This document shows positions 1 to 12,000 of a DNA stretch of 64,000 nucleotides, piece by piece. Below the pieces are notes generated by a model that ran no database searches, had not been told where the DNA came from, and worked only from the letters and a program-made list of their open reading frames with translations. The position numbers and the translations under genes are program-made. Origin of the DNA: the human T2T-CHM13v2.0 reference genome, Homo sapiens. The stretch is taken from NCBI RefSeq assembly GCF_009914755.1, contig NC_060941.1, one strand, 5' to 3'. Each line of letters opens with the position of its first letter. Position 1 is the stretch's first letter.

Positions 1-266
1 TTCAAGTCACAGAGTTGAACATTCCCTTTGACAGAGCAGTTTGGAAACTCTCTTTGTGTAGAATCTGCAAGTGGAGATATGGACCGCTTTGAGGCCTATG
101 GTAGTAAAGGAAATAGCTTCATATAAAAGCTAGACAGTAGCATTCACAGAAAACTCTTGGTGACGACTGAGTTTAACTCACAGAGCTGAACATTCCTTTG
201 GATGGAGCAGTTTCGAAACACACTATTTGTAGAATGTGCAAGTGGATATTTAGGCCTCTCTGAGGA

Positions 267-283
267 TTTCGTTGGAAACGGGA
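267..283 (+). promoter_or_regulatory. CENP-B box (repeats every 2715 bp)
   Basis: TTTCGTTGGAAACGGGA matches NTTCGNNNNANNCGGGN. Confidence 0.95.
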
Positions 284-433
284 TAAACCGCACAGAACTA
301 AACAGAAGCATTCTCAGAACCTTCTTCGTGATGTTTGCATTCAACTCACAGTGTTGAACCTTTCTTTGATAGTTCAGGTTTGAAACGGTCTTTCTGTAGA
401 AACTGCAAGTAGATATTTGGACCTCTCTGAGGA

Positions 434-450
434 TTTCGTTGGAAACGGGA
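434..450 (+). promoter_or_regulatory. CENP-B box (repeats every 2715 bp)
   Basis: TTTCGTTGGAAACGGGA. Confidence 0.95.
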
Positions 451-601
451 TAACCCGCACAGAACTAAAACAGAAGCATTCTCAGAACCCTCTTCGTGAT
501 GTTTGCATTCAACTCACAGTGCTGAACCTTTCTTTGATAGTTCAGCTTTGAAACACTCTTTTTGTAGAAACTGCAAGTGGATATTTGGTCCTCTCTGAGC
601 A

Positions 602-618
602 TTTCGTTGGAAACGGGA
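602..618 (+). promoter_or_regulatory. CENP-B box (repeats every 2715 bp; disrupted in copies 2 and 3)
   Basis: TTTCGTTGGAAACGGGA. Confidence 0.95.
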
Positions 619-936
619 TAAACTGCACAGAACTAAACAGAAGCATTCTCAGAACCTTCTTCGTGATGTCTGCATTCAACTCACAGTGTGGAACCTTTCT
701 TTGATAGTTCAGGTTTGAAACACTCTTTTTGTAGAAACTGCAAGGGGATAATTGCACTCTTTGAGGAGTACCGTAGTAAAGGAAATAACTTCCTATAAAA
801 AGAAGACAGAAGCTTTCTCAGAAAATTCTTTGGGATGATTGAGTTGAACTCACAGAGCTGAGCATTCCTTGCGATGTAGCAGTTTAGAAACACACTTTCT
901 GCAGAATCTGCAAGTGCATATTTGGACCTCTGTGAG

Positions 937-942
937 GAATTC
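937..942. other. EcoRI site defining the 2.7-kb HOR periodicity (lost in copy 24)
   Basis: GAATTC at 937, recurring at +2715 (3652, 6367 ...); the only one I saw per unit. Confidence 0.85.
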
Positions 943-955
943 GTTGGAAACGGGA
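939..955 (+). promoter_or_regulatory. CENP-B box (repeats every 2715 bp)
   Basis: ATTCGTTGGAAACGGGA; all 9 core bases present. Confidence 0.9.
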
Positions 956-1104
956 TAATTTCAGCTGACTAAACAGAAGCAGTCTCAGAATCTTCTTTGT
1001 GATGTTTGCATTCAAATCCCCGAGTTGAACTTTCCTTTCAAAGTTCACGTTTGAAACACTCTTTTTGCAGGATCTACAAGTGGATATTTGGACCACTCTG
1101 TGTC

Positions 1105-1121
1105 CTTCGTTCGAAACGGGT
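1105..1121 (+). promoter_or_regulatory. CENP-B box, variant with extra CpG (repeats every 2715 bp)
   Basis: CTTCGTTCGAAACGGGT; core TTCG....A..CGGG intact. Confidence 0.9.
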
Positions 1122-1275
1122 ATATCTTCACATGACATCTAGACAGAAGCATCCTCAGAAGCTTCTCTGTGATGACTGCATTCAACTCACGGAGTTGAAC
1201 ACTCCTTTTGAGAGCGCAGTTTTGAAACTCTCTTTCTGTGGCATCTGCAAGGGGACATGTAGACCTCTTTGAAGA

Positions 1276-1292
1276 TTTCGTTGGAAACGGAA
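1276..1292 (+). promoter_or_regulatory. Degenerate CENP-B box (CGGG>CGGA), predicted non-binding
   Basis: TTTCGTTGGAAACGGAA lacks the last core G; same in the other copies inspected. Confidence 0.8.
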
Positions 1293-1446
1293 TCATCTTC
1301 ACATAAAAACTATACAGATGCATTCTCAGGAACTTTTTGGTGATGTTTGTATTCAACTCCCAGAGTTGAACTTTCCTTTGGAAAGAGCAGCTATGAAACA
1401 CTGTTTTTCTAGAATCTGCAAGTGGACGTTTGGAGGGCTTTGTGGT

Positions 1447-1463
1447 TTGTGGTGGAAAAGGAA
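1447..1463 (+). other. A-type (pJalpha-type) box at the CENP-B-box-equivalent position; analogous sites in monomers starting at 644, 1492, 2171, 2514, 2685
   Basis: TTGTGGTGGAAAAGGAA here; CTGTGGTGGAAAAGGAA at 2640-2656; CTATGGTAGTAAAGG in W5-like monomers. Confidence 0.8.
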
Positions 1464-1788
1464 ATATCTTCACCTAAATACTAGATAGAAGCATTCTCAG
1501 AAACTGCTTTGTGATGATTGCATTCACCTCACAGAGTTGAACATTCCTATTGATAGAGCAGTTTGGAAACACTCTTGTTGTGGAATGTGCAAGTGGAGAT
1601 TTGGAGCGCTTTGAGGCCTATGGTAGTAAAGGGAATAGCTTCATAGAAAAACTAGACAGAAGCATTCTCAGAAAATACTTTGTGATGATTGAGTTTAACT
1701 CACAGAGCTGAACATTCCTTTGGATGGAGCAGGTTTGAGACACACTTTTTGTAGAATCTACAAGTGGATATTTGGACCTCTCTGAGGA

Positions 1789-1805
1789 TTTCGTTGGAAA
1801 CGGGA
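1789..1805 (+). promoter_or_regulatory. CENP-B box (repeats every 2715 bp)
   Basis: TTTCGTTGGAAACGGGA. Confidence 0.95.
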
Positions 1806-1954
1806 TAACTGCACCTAACTAAACGGAAGCATTCTCAGAAACTTCTTGGTGATGTTTGCATTCAAATCCCAGAGTTGAACCTTCCTTTGATAGTTCAGGT
1901 TTGAAACACTCTTTTTGTAGGATCTGCAAGTGGATATTTGGACCACTCTGTGGC

Positions 1955-1971
1955 CTTCGTTCGAAACGGGT
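1955..1971 (+). promoter_or_regulatory. CENP-B box, variant with extra CpG (repeats every 2715 bp)
   Basis: CTTCGTTCGAAACGGGT. Confidence 0.9.
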
Positions 1972-2125
1972 ATATCTTCGCATAAAATCTAGACAGAAGC
2001 CTTCTCAGAAACTTCTCTGTGATGATTGCATTCAACTCACAGAGTTGAACCCTCCTATGGATAGAGCAGTGTTGAAACTCTCTTTTTGTGGAATCTGCAA
2101 GTGGATATGTGGACCTCTCCGAAGA

Positions 2126-2142
2126 TGTCTTTGGAAACGGGA
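2126..2142 (+). promoter_or_regulatory. Degenerate CENP-B box (TTCG lost), predicted non-binding
   Basis: TGTCTTTGGAAACGGGA. Confidence 0.8.
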
Positions 2143-2468
2143 ATATCTTCACATAAAAACTAAACAGAAGCATTCTCAGAAACTTCTCTGTGATGTTTGT
2201 GTTCAACTCCCAGAGTTTCACATTGCTTTTCATAGAGTAGTTCTGAAACATGCTTTTCGTAGTGTCTACAAGTGGACATTTGGAGCGCTTTCAGGCCTGT
2301 GGTGGAAAACGAATTATGGTCACATAAAAACTGGAGAGAAGCATTGTCAGAAACTTCTTTGTGATGATTGCATTCAACTCACAGAGTTGAAGGTTCCTTT
2401 TCAAAGAGCAGTTTCCAATCACTCTTTGTGTGGAATCTGCAAGTGGATATTTGGACCTATTTTGAAGA

Positions 2469-2485
2469 TTTCGTTGGAAACGGGA
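2469..2485 (+). promoter_or_regulatory. CENP-B box (repeats every 2715 bp)
   Basis: TTTCGTTGGAAACGGGA. Confidence 0.95.
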
Positions 2486-3316
2486 GAATCTTCACAGGAA
2501 AGCTAAACAGAAGCATTCTCAGAAACTTCTTTGTGATGCTTGCATTCAACTCACAGAGTTGAACTTTCCTTTCGAGAGAGAAGCTTTGAAACACTCTTTT
2601 TCCAGAATCTGCAAGTGGACATTTGGAGGGCTTTGAGGCCTGTGGTGGAAAAGGAATTATCTTCCCGTAAAAGCTAGATAGAAGCATTCTCAGAAACTAC
2701 TTTGTGATGATTGCATTCAAGTCACAGAGTTGAACATTCCCTTTGACAGAGCAGTTTGGAAACTCTCTTTGTGTAGAATCTGCAAGTGGAGATATGGACC
2801 GCTTTGAGGCCTATGGTAGTAAAGGAAATAGCTTCATATAAAAGCTAGACAGTAGCATTCACAGAAAACTCTTGGTGACGACTGAGTTTAACTCACAGAG
2901 CTGAACATTCCTTTGGATGGAGCAGTTTCGAAACACACTATTTGTAGAATGTGCAAGTGGATATTTAGGCCTCTCTGAGGATTTCGTTGGAAACGGGATA
3001 AACCGCACAGAACTAAACAGAAGCATTCTCAGAACCTTCTTCGTGATGTTTGCATTCAACTCACAGTGTTGAACCTTTCTTTGATAGTTCAGGTTTGAAA
3101 CGGTCTTTCTGTAGAAACTGCAAGTAGATATTTGGACCTCTCTGAGGATTTCGTTGGAAACGGGATAACCCGCACAGAACTAAAACAGAAGCATTCTCAG
3201 AACCCTCTTCGTGATGTTTGCATTCAACTCACAGTGCTGAACCTTTCTTTGATAGTTCAGCTTTGAAACACTCTTTTTGTAGAAACTGCAAGTGGATATT
3301 TGGTCCTCTCTGAGCA

Positions 3317-3333
3317 TTTCGTTGGAAACGGCA
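3317..3333 (+). promoter_or_regulatory. Mutated CENP-B box, HOR copy 2
   Basis: TTTCGTTGGAAACGGCA (G>C at 3332). Confidence 0.9.
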
Positions 3334-6031
3334 TAAACTGCACAGAACTAAACAGAAGCATTCTCAGAACCTTCTTCGTGATGTCTGCATTCAACTCACA
3401 GTGTGGAACCTTTCTTTGATAGTTCAGGTTTGAAACACTCTTTTTGTAGAAACTGCAAGGGGATAATTGCACTCTTTGAGGAGTACCGTAGTAAAGGAAA
3501 TAACTTCCTATAAAAAGAAGACAGAAGCTTTCTCAGAAAATTCTTTGGGATGATTGAGTTGAACTCACAGAGCTGAGCATTCCTTGCGATGTAGCAGTTT
3601 AGAAACACACTTTCTGCAGAATCTGCAAGTGCATATTTGGACCTCTGTGAGGAATTCGTTGGAAACGGGATAATTTCAGCTGACTAAACAGAAGCAGTCT
3701 CAGAATCTTCTTTGTGATGTTTGCATTCAAATCCCCGAGTTGAACTTTCCTTTCAAAGTTCACGTTTGAAACACTCTTTTTGCAGGATCTACAAGTGGAT
3801 ATTTGGACCACTCTGTGTCCTTCGTTCGAAACGGGTATATCTTCACATGACATCTAGACAGAAGCATCCTCAGAAGCTTCTCTGTGATGACTGCATTCAA
3901 CTCACGGAGTTGAACACTCCTTTTGAGAGCGCAGTTTTGAAACTCTCTTTCTGTGGCATCTGCAAGGGGACATGTAGACCTCTTTGAAGATTTCGTTGGA
4001 AACGGAATCATCTTCACATAAAAACTATACAGATGCATTCTCAGGAACTTTTTGGTGATGTTTGTATTCAACTCCCAGAGTTGAACTTTCCTTTGGAAAG
4101 AGCAGCTATGAAACACTCTTTTTCTAGAATCTGCAAGTGGACGTTTGGAGGGCTTTGTGGTTTGTGGTGGAAAAGGAAATATCTTCACCTCAATACTAGA
4201 TAGAAGCATTCTCAGAAACTGCTTTGTGATGATTGCATTCACCTCACAGAGTTGAACATTCCTATTGATAGAGCAGTTTGGAAACACTCTTGTTGTGGAA
4301 TGTGCAAGTGGAGATTTGGAGCGCTTTGAGGCCTATGGTAGTAAAGGGAATAGCTTCATAGAAAAACTAGACAGAAGCATTCTCAGAAAATACTTTGTGA
4401 TGATTGAGTTTAACTCACAGAGCTGAACATTCCTTTGGATGGAGCAGGTTTGAGACACACTTTTTGTAGAATCTACAAGTGGATATTTGGACCTCTCTGA
4501 GGATTTCGTTGGAAACGGGATAACTGCACCTAACTAAACGGAAGCATTCTCAGAAACTTCTTGGTGATGTTTGCATTCAAATCCCAGAGTTGAACCTTCC
4601 TTTGATAGTTCAGGTTTGAAACACTCTTTTTGTAGGATCTGCAAGTGGATATTTGGACCACTCTGTGGCCTTCGTTCGAAACGGGTATATCTTCGCATAA
4701 AATCTAGACAGAAGCCTTCTCAGAAACTTCTCTGTGATGATTGCATTCAACTCACAGAGTTGAACCCTCCTATGGATAGAGCAGTGTTGAAACTCTCTTT
4801 TTGTGGAATCTGCAAGTGGATATGTGGACCTCTCCGAAGATGTCTTTGGAAACGGGAATATCTTCACATAAAAACTAAACAGAAGCATTCTCAGAAACTT
4901 CTCTGTGATGTTTGTGTTCAACTCCCAGAGTTTCACATTGCTTTTCATAGAGTAGTTCTGAAACATGCTTTTCGTAGTGTCTACAAGTGGACATTTGGAG
5001 CGCTTTCAGGCCTGTGGTGGAAAACGAATTATGGTCACATAAAAACTGGAGAGAAGCATTGTCAGAAACTTCTTTGTGATGATTGCATTCAACTCACAGA
5101 GTTGAAGGTTCCTTTTCAAAGAGCAGTTTCCAATCACTCTTTCTGTGGAATCTGCAAGTGGATATTTGGACCTATTTTGAAGATTTCGTTGGAAACGGGA
5201 GAATCTTCACAGGAAAGCTAAACAGAAGCATTCTCAGAAACTTCTTTGTGATGCTTGCATTCAACTCACAGAGTTGAACTTTCCTTTCGAGAGAGAAGCT
5301 TTGAAACACTCTTTTTCCAGAATCTGCAAGTGGACATTTGGAGGGCTTTGAGGCCTGTGGTGGAAAAGGAATTATCTTCCCGTAAAAGCTAGATAGAAGC
5401 ATTCTCAGAAACTACTTTGTGATGATTGCATTCAAGTCACAGAGTTGAACATTCCCTTTGACAGAGCAGTTTGGAAACTCTCTTTGTGTAGAATCTGCAA
5501 GTGGAGATATGGACCGCTTTGAGGCCTATGGTAGTAAAGGAAATAGCTTCATATAAAAGCTAGACAGTAGCATTCACAGAAAACTCTTGGTGACGACTGA
5601 GTTTAACTCACAGAGCTGAACATTCCTTTGGATGGAGCAGTTTCGAAACACACTATTTGTAGAATGTGCAAGTGGATATTTAGGCCTCTCTGAGGATTTC
5701 GTTGGAAACGGGATAAACCGCACAGAACTAAACAGAAGCATTCTCAGAACCTTCTTCGTGATGTTTGCATTCAACTCACAGTGTTGAACCTTTCTTTGAT
5801 AGTTCAGGTTTGAAACGGTCTTTCTGTAGAAACTGCAAGTAGATATTTGGACCTCTCTGAGGATTTCGTTGGAAACGGGATAACCCGCACAGAACTAAAA
5901 CAGAAGCATTCTCAGAACCCTCTTCGTGATGTTTGCATTCAACTCACAGTGCTGAACCTTTCTTTGATAGTTCAGCTTTGAAACACTCTTTTTGTAGAAA
6001 CTGCAAGTGGATATTTGGTCCTCTCTGAGCA

Positions 6032-6048
6032 TTTCGTTGGAAACGGCA
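6032..6048 (+). promoter_or_regulatory. Mutated CENP-B box, HOR copy 3
   Basis: TTTCGTTGGAAACGGCA (G>C at 6047). Confidence 0.9.
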
Positions 6049-9000
6049 TAAACTGCACAGAACTAAACAGAAGCATTCTCAGAACCTTCTTCGTGATGTC
6101 TGCATTCAACTCACAGTGTGGAACCTTTCTTTGATAGTTCAGGTTTGAAACACTCTTTTTGTAGAAACTGCAAGGGGATAATTGCACTCTTTGAGGAGTA
6201 CCGTAGTAAAGGAAATAACTTCCTATAAAAAGAAGACAGAAGCTTTCTCAGAAAATTCTTTGGGATGATTGAGTTGAACTCACAGAGCTGAGCATTCCTT
6301 GCGATGTAGCAGTTTAGAAACACACTTTCTGCAGAATCTGCAAGTGCATATTTGGACCTCTGTGAGGAATTCGTTGGAAACGGGATAATTTCAGCTGACT
6401 AAACAGAAGCAGTCTCAGAATCTTCTTTGTGATGTTTGCATTCAAATCCCCGAGTTGAACTTTCCTTTCAAAGTTCACGTTTGAAACACTCTTTTTGCAG
6501 GATCTACAAGTGGATATTTGGACCACTCTGTGTCCTTCGTTCGAAACGGGTATATCTTCACATGACATCTAGACAGAAGCATCCTCAGAAGCTTCTCTGT
6601 GATGACTGCATTCAACTCACGGAGTTGAACACTCCTTTTGAGAGCGCAGTTTTGAAACTCTCTTTCTGTGGCATCTGCAAGGGGACATGTAGACCTCTTT
6701 GAAGATTTCGTTGGAAACGGAATCATCTTCACATAAAAACTATACAGATGCATTCTCAGGAACTTTTTGGTGATGTTTGTATTCAACTCCCAGAGTTGAA
6801 CTTTCCTTTGGAAAGAGCAGCTATGAAACACTCTTTTTCTAGAATCTGCAAGTGGACGTTTGGAGGGCTTTGTGGTTTGTGGTGGAAAAGGAAATATCTT
6901 CACCTCAATACTAGATAGAAGCATTCTCAGAAACTGCTTTGTGATGATTGCATTCACCTCACAGAGTTGAACATTCCTATTGATAGAGCAGTTTGGAAAC
7001 ACTCTTGTTGTGGAATGTGCAAGTGGAGATTTGGAGCGCTTTGAGGCCTATGGTAGTAAAGGGAATAGCTTCATAGAAAAACTAGACAGAAGCATTCTCA
7101 GAAAATACTTTGTGATGATTGAGTTTAACTCACAGAGCTGAACATTCCTTTGGATGGAGCAGGTTTGAGACACACTTTTTGTAGAATCTACAAGTGGATA
7201 TTTGGACCTCTCTGAGGATTTCGTTGGAAACGGGATAACTGCACCTAACTAAACGGAAGCATTCTCAGAAACTTCTTGGTGATGTTTGCATTCAAATCCC
7301 AGAGTTGAACCTTCCTTTGATAGTTCAGGTTTGAAACACTCTTTTTGTAGGATCTGCAAGTGGATATTTGGACCACTCTGTGGCCTTCGTTCGAAACGGG
7401 TATATCTTCGCATAAAATCTAGACAGAAGCCTTCTCAGAAACTTCTCTGTGATGATTGCATTCAACTCACAGAGTTGAACCCTCCTATGGATAGAGCAGT
7501 GTTGAAACTCTCTTTTTGTGGAATCTGCAAGTGGATATGTGGACCTCTCCGAAGATGTCTTTGGAAACGGGAATATCTTCACATAAAAACTAAACAGAAG
7601 CATTCTCAGAAACTTCTCTGTGATGTTTGTGTTCAACTCCCAGAGTTTCACATTGCTTTTCATAGAGTAGTTCTGAAACATGCTTTTCGTAGTGTCTACA
7701 AGTGGACATTTGGAGCGCTTTCAGGCCTGTGGTGGAAAACGAATTATGGTCACATAAAAACTGGAGAGAAGCATTGTCAGAAACTTCTTTGTGATGATTG
7801 CATTCAACTCACAGAGTTGAAGGTTCCTTTTCAAAGAGCAGTTTCCAATCACTCTTTCTGTGGAATCTGCAAGTGGATATTTGGACCTATTTTGAAGATT
7901 TCGTTGGAAACGGGAGAATCTTCACAGGAAAGCTAAACAGAAGCATTCTCAGAAACTTCTTTGTGATGCTTGCATTCAACTCACAGAGTTGAACTTTCCT
8001 TTCGAGAGAGAAGCTTTGAAACACTCTTTTTCCAGAATCTGCAAGTGGACATTTGGAGGGCTTTGAGGCCTGTGGTGGAAAAGGAATTATCTTCCCGTAA
8101 AAGCTAGATAGAAGCATTCTCAGAAACTACTTTGTGATGATTGCATTCAAGTCACAGAGTTGAACATTCCCTTTGACAGAGCAGTTTGGAAACTCTCTTT
8201 GTGTAGAATCTGCAAGTGGAGATATGGACCGCTTTGAGGCCTATGGTAGTAAAGGAAATAGCTTCATATAAAAGCTAGACAGTAGCATTCACAGAAAACT
8301 CTTGGTGACGACTGAGTTTAACTCACAGAGCTGAACATTCCTTTGGATGGAGCAGTTTCGAAACACACTATTTGTAGAATGTGCAAGTGGATATTTAGGC
8401 CTCTCTGAGGATTTCGTTGGAAACGGGATAAACCGCACAGAACTAAACAGAAGCATTCTCAGAACCTTCTTCGTGATGTTTGCATTCAACTCACAGTGTT
8501 GAACCTTTCTTTGATAGTTCAGGTTTGAAACGGTCTTTCTGTAGAAACTGCAAGTAGATATTTGGACCTCTCTGAGGATTTCGTTGGAAACGGGATAACC
8601 CGCACAGAACTAAAACAGAAGCATTCTCAGAACCCTCTTCGTGATGTTTGCATTCAACTCACAGTGCTGAACCTTTCTTTGATAGTTCAGCTTTGAAACA
8701 CTCTTTTTGTAGAAACTGCAAGTGGATATTTGGTCCTCTCTGAGCATTTCGTTGGAAACGGGATAAACTGCACAGAACTAAACAGAAGCATTCTCAGAAC
8801 CTTCTTCGTGATGTCTGCATTCAACTCACAGTGTGGAACCTTTCTTTGATAGTTCAGGTTTGAAACACTCTTTTTGTAGAAACTGCAAGGGGATAATTGC
8901 ACTCTTTGAGGAGTACCGTAGTAAAGGAAATAACTTCCTATAAAAAGAAGACAGAAGCTTTCTCAGAAAATTCTTTGGGATGATTGAGTTGAACTCACAG

Positions 9001-12000
9001 AGCTGAGCATTCCTTGCGATGTAGCAGTTTAGAAACACACTTTCTGCAGAATCTGCAAGTGCATATTTGGACCTCTGTGAGGAATTCGTTGGAAACGGGA
9101 TAATTTCAGCTGACTAAACAGAAGCAGTCTCAGAATCTTCTTTGTGATGTTTGCATTCAAATCCCCGAGTTGAACTTTCCTTTCAAAGTTCACGTTTGAA
9201 ACACTCTTTTTGCAGGATCTACAAGTGGATATTTGGACCACTCTGTGTCCTTCGTTCGAAACGGGTATATCTTCACATGACATCTAGACAGAAGCATCCT
9301 CAGAAGCTTCTCTGTGATGACTGCATTCAACTCACGGAGTTGAACACTCCTTTTGAGAGCGCAGTTTTGAAACTCTCTTTCTGTGGCATCTGCAAGGGGA
9401 CATGTAGACCTCTTTGAAGATTTCGTTGGAAACGGAATCATCTTCACATAAAAACTATACAGATGCATTCTCAGGAACTTTTTGGTGATGTTTGTATTCA
9501 ACTCCCAGAGTTGAACTTTCCTTTGGAAAGAGCAGCTATGAAACACTCTTTTTCTAGAATCTGCAAGTGGACGTTTGGAGGGCTTTGTGGTTTGTGGTGG
9601 AAAAGGAAATATCTTCACCTCAATACTAGATAGAAGCATTCTCAGAAACTGCTTTGTGATGATTGCATTCACCTCACAGAGTTGAACATTCCTATTGATA
9701 GAGCAGTTTGGAAACACTCTTGTTGTGGAATGTGCAAGTGGAGATTTGGAGCGCTTTGAGGCCTATGGTAGTAAAGGGAATAGCTTCATAGAAAAACTAG
9801 ACAGAAGCATTCTCAGAAAATACTTTGTGATGATTGAGTTTAACTCACAGAGCTGAACATTCCTTTGGATGGAGCAGGTTTGAGACACACTTTTTGTAGA
9901 ATCTACAAGTGGATATTTGGACCTCTCTGAGGATTTCGTTGGAAACGGGATAACTGCACCTAACTAAACGGAAGCATTCTCAGAAACTTCTTGGTGATGT
10001 TTGCATTCAAATCCCAGAGTTGAACCTTCCTTTGATAGTTCAGGTTTGAAACACTCTTTTTGTAGGATCTGCAAGTGGATATTTGGACCACTCTGTGGCC
10101 TTCGTTCGAAACGGGTATATCTTCGCATAAAATCTAGACAGAAGCCTTCTCAGAAACTTCTCTGTGATGATTGCATTCAACTCACAGAGTTGAACCCTCC
10201 TATGGATAGAGCAGTGTTGAAACTCTCTTTTTGTGGAATCTGCAAGTGGATATGTGGACCTCTCCGAAGATGTCTTTGGAAACGGGAATATCTTCACATA
10301 AAAACTAAACAGAAGCATTCTCAGAAACTTCTCTGTGATGTTTGTGTTCAACTCCCAGAGTTTCACATTGCTTTTCATAGAGTAGTTCTGAAACATGCTT
10401 TTCGTAGTGTCTACAAGTGGACATTTGGAGCGCTTTCAGGCCTGTGGTGGAAAACGAATTATGGTCACATAAAAACTGGAGAGAAGCATTGTCAGAAACT
10501 TCTTTGTGATGATTGCATTCAACTCACAGAGTTGAAGGTTCCTTTTCAAAGAGCAGTTTCCAATCACTCTTTCTGTGGAATCTGCAAGTGGATATTTGGA
10601 CCTATTTTGAAGATTTCGTTGGAAACGGGAGAATCTTCACAGGAAAGCTAAACAGAAGCATTCTCAGAAACTTCTTTGTGATGCTTGCATTCAACTCACA
10701 GAGTTGAACTTTCCTTTCGAGAGAGAAGCTTTGAAACACTCTTTTTCCAGAATCTGCAAGTGGACATTTGGAGGGCTTTGAGGCCTGTGGTGGAAAAGGA
10801 ATTATCTTCCCGTAAAAGCTAGATAGAAGCATTCTCAGAAACTACTTTGTGATGATTGCATTCAAGTCACAGAGTTGAACATTCCCTTTGACAGAGCAGT
10901 TTGGAAACTCTCTTTGTGTAGAATCTGCAAGTGGAGATATGGACCGCTTTGAGGCCTATGGTAGTAAAGGAAATAGCTTCATATAAAAGCTAGACAGTAG
11001 CATTCACAGAAAACTCTTGGTGACGACTGAGTTTAACTCACAGAGCTGAACATTCCTTTGGATGGAGCAGTTTCGAAACACACTATTTGTAGAATGTGCA
11101 AGTGGATATTTAGGCCTCTCTGAGGATTTCGTTGGAAACGGGATAAACCGCACAGAACTAAACAGAAGCATTCTCAGAACCTTCTTCGTGATGTTTGCAT
11201 TCAACTCACAGTGTTGAACCTTTCTTTGATAGTTCAGGTTTGAAACGGTCTTTCTGTAGAAACTGCAAGTAGATATTTGGACCTCTCTGAGGATTTCGTT
11301 GGAAACGGGATAACCCGCACAGAACTAAAACAGAAGCATTCTCAGAACCCTCTTCGTGATGTTTGCATTCAACTCACAGTGCTGAACCTTTCTTTGATAG
11401 TTCAGCTTTGAAACACTCTTTTTGTAGAAACTGCAAGTGGATATTTGGTCCTCTCTGAGCATTTCGTTGGAAACGGGATAAACTGCACAGAACTAAACAG
11501 AAGCATTCTCAGAACCTTCTTCGTGATGTCTGCATTCAACTCACAGTGTGGAACCTTTCTTTGATAGTTCAGGTTTGAAACACTCTTTTTGTAGAAACTG
11601 CAAGGGGATAATTGCACTCTTTGAGGAGTACCGTAGTAAAGGAAATAACTTCCTATAAAAAGAAGACAGAAGCTTTCTCAGAAAATTCTTTGGGATGATT
11701 GAGTTGAACTCACAGAGCTGAGCATTCCTTGCGATGTAGCAGTTTAGAAACACACTTTCTGCAGAATCTGCAAGTGCATATTTGGACCTCTGTGAGGAAT
11801 TCGTTGGAAACGGGATAATTTCAGCTGACTAAACAGAAGCAGTCTCAGAATCTTCTTTGTGATGTTTGCATTCAAATCCCCGAGTTGAACTTTCCTTTCA
11901 AAGTTCACGTTTGAAACACTCTTTTTGCAGGATCTACAAGTGGATATTTGGACCACTCTGTGTCCTTCGTTCGAAACGGGTATATCTTCACATGACATCT

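Larger units (their letters stand above)
240..741 (+). repeat. Internal tandem triplication of a ~167-bp monomer-length unit within each HOR
   Basis: Units 240-406, 407-574 and 575-741 share diagnostic strings not seen in other monomers: GCACAGAACTAAA(A)CAGAAG, CTTCGTGATGT, CTCACAGTG, AACCTTTCTTTGATAGTTCAG, TGTAGAAACTGCAAG. Recurs every 2715 bp. Confidence 0.9.
141..2855 (+). repeat. One complete 16-monomer HOR unit (representative)
   Basis: Monomer starts (CATTC-like motif after AGAAG) at 141, 309, 477, 644, 813, 980, 1150, 1321, 1492, 1663, 1830, 2000, 2171, 2342, 2514, 2685, then 2856 (=141+2715). Lengths are 167-172 bp. Box pattern from 813 is B B B* A A | B B B* A | B A A | B B B A, consistent with a rearranged SF3 W1-W5 pentamer. 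Confidence 0.95.

Noticed and set aside
2031-2049. Short inverted repeat TTCAACTC-ACA-GAGTTGAA (hairpin/terminator-like) in most monomers
   Set aside because: Well-known dyad of the alphoid monomer consensus; not a terminator and not novel.
267-2485. Recurrent short motif with intervening sequence resembling a CRISPR array
   Set aside because: The motif is the CENP-B box; the intervening sequences are homologous monomers rather than unique spacers, and there are no cas genes.
1856-2506. 216-aa + strand ORF conserved in every HOR copy
   Set aside because: Starts at TTG, is made of translated ~57-aa monomer repeats (171 bp is divisible by 3), and has no recognisable domain, promoter or splice context. 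Its conservation simply reflects array homogeneity.
3760-4287. Minus-strand ORF toggling between 175 aa and 142 aa among copies
   Set aside because: Caused by one SNV (HOR position 1476) removing a stop in satellite DNA; useful as a marker but not evidence of coding or phase variation.
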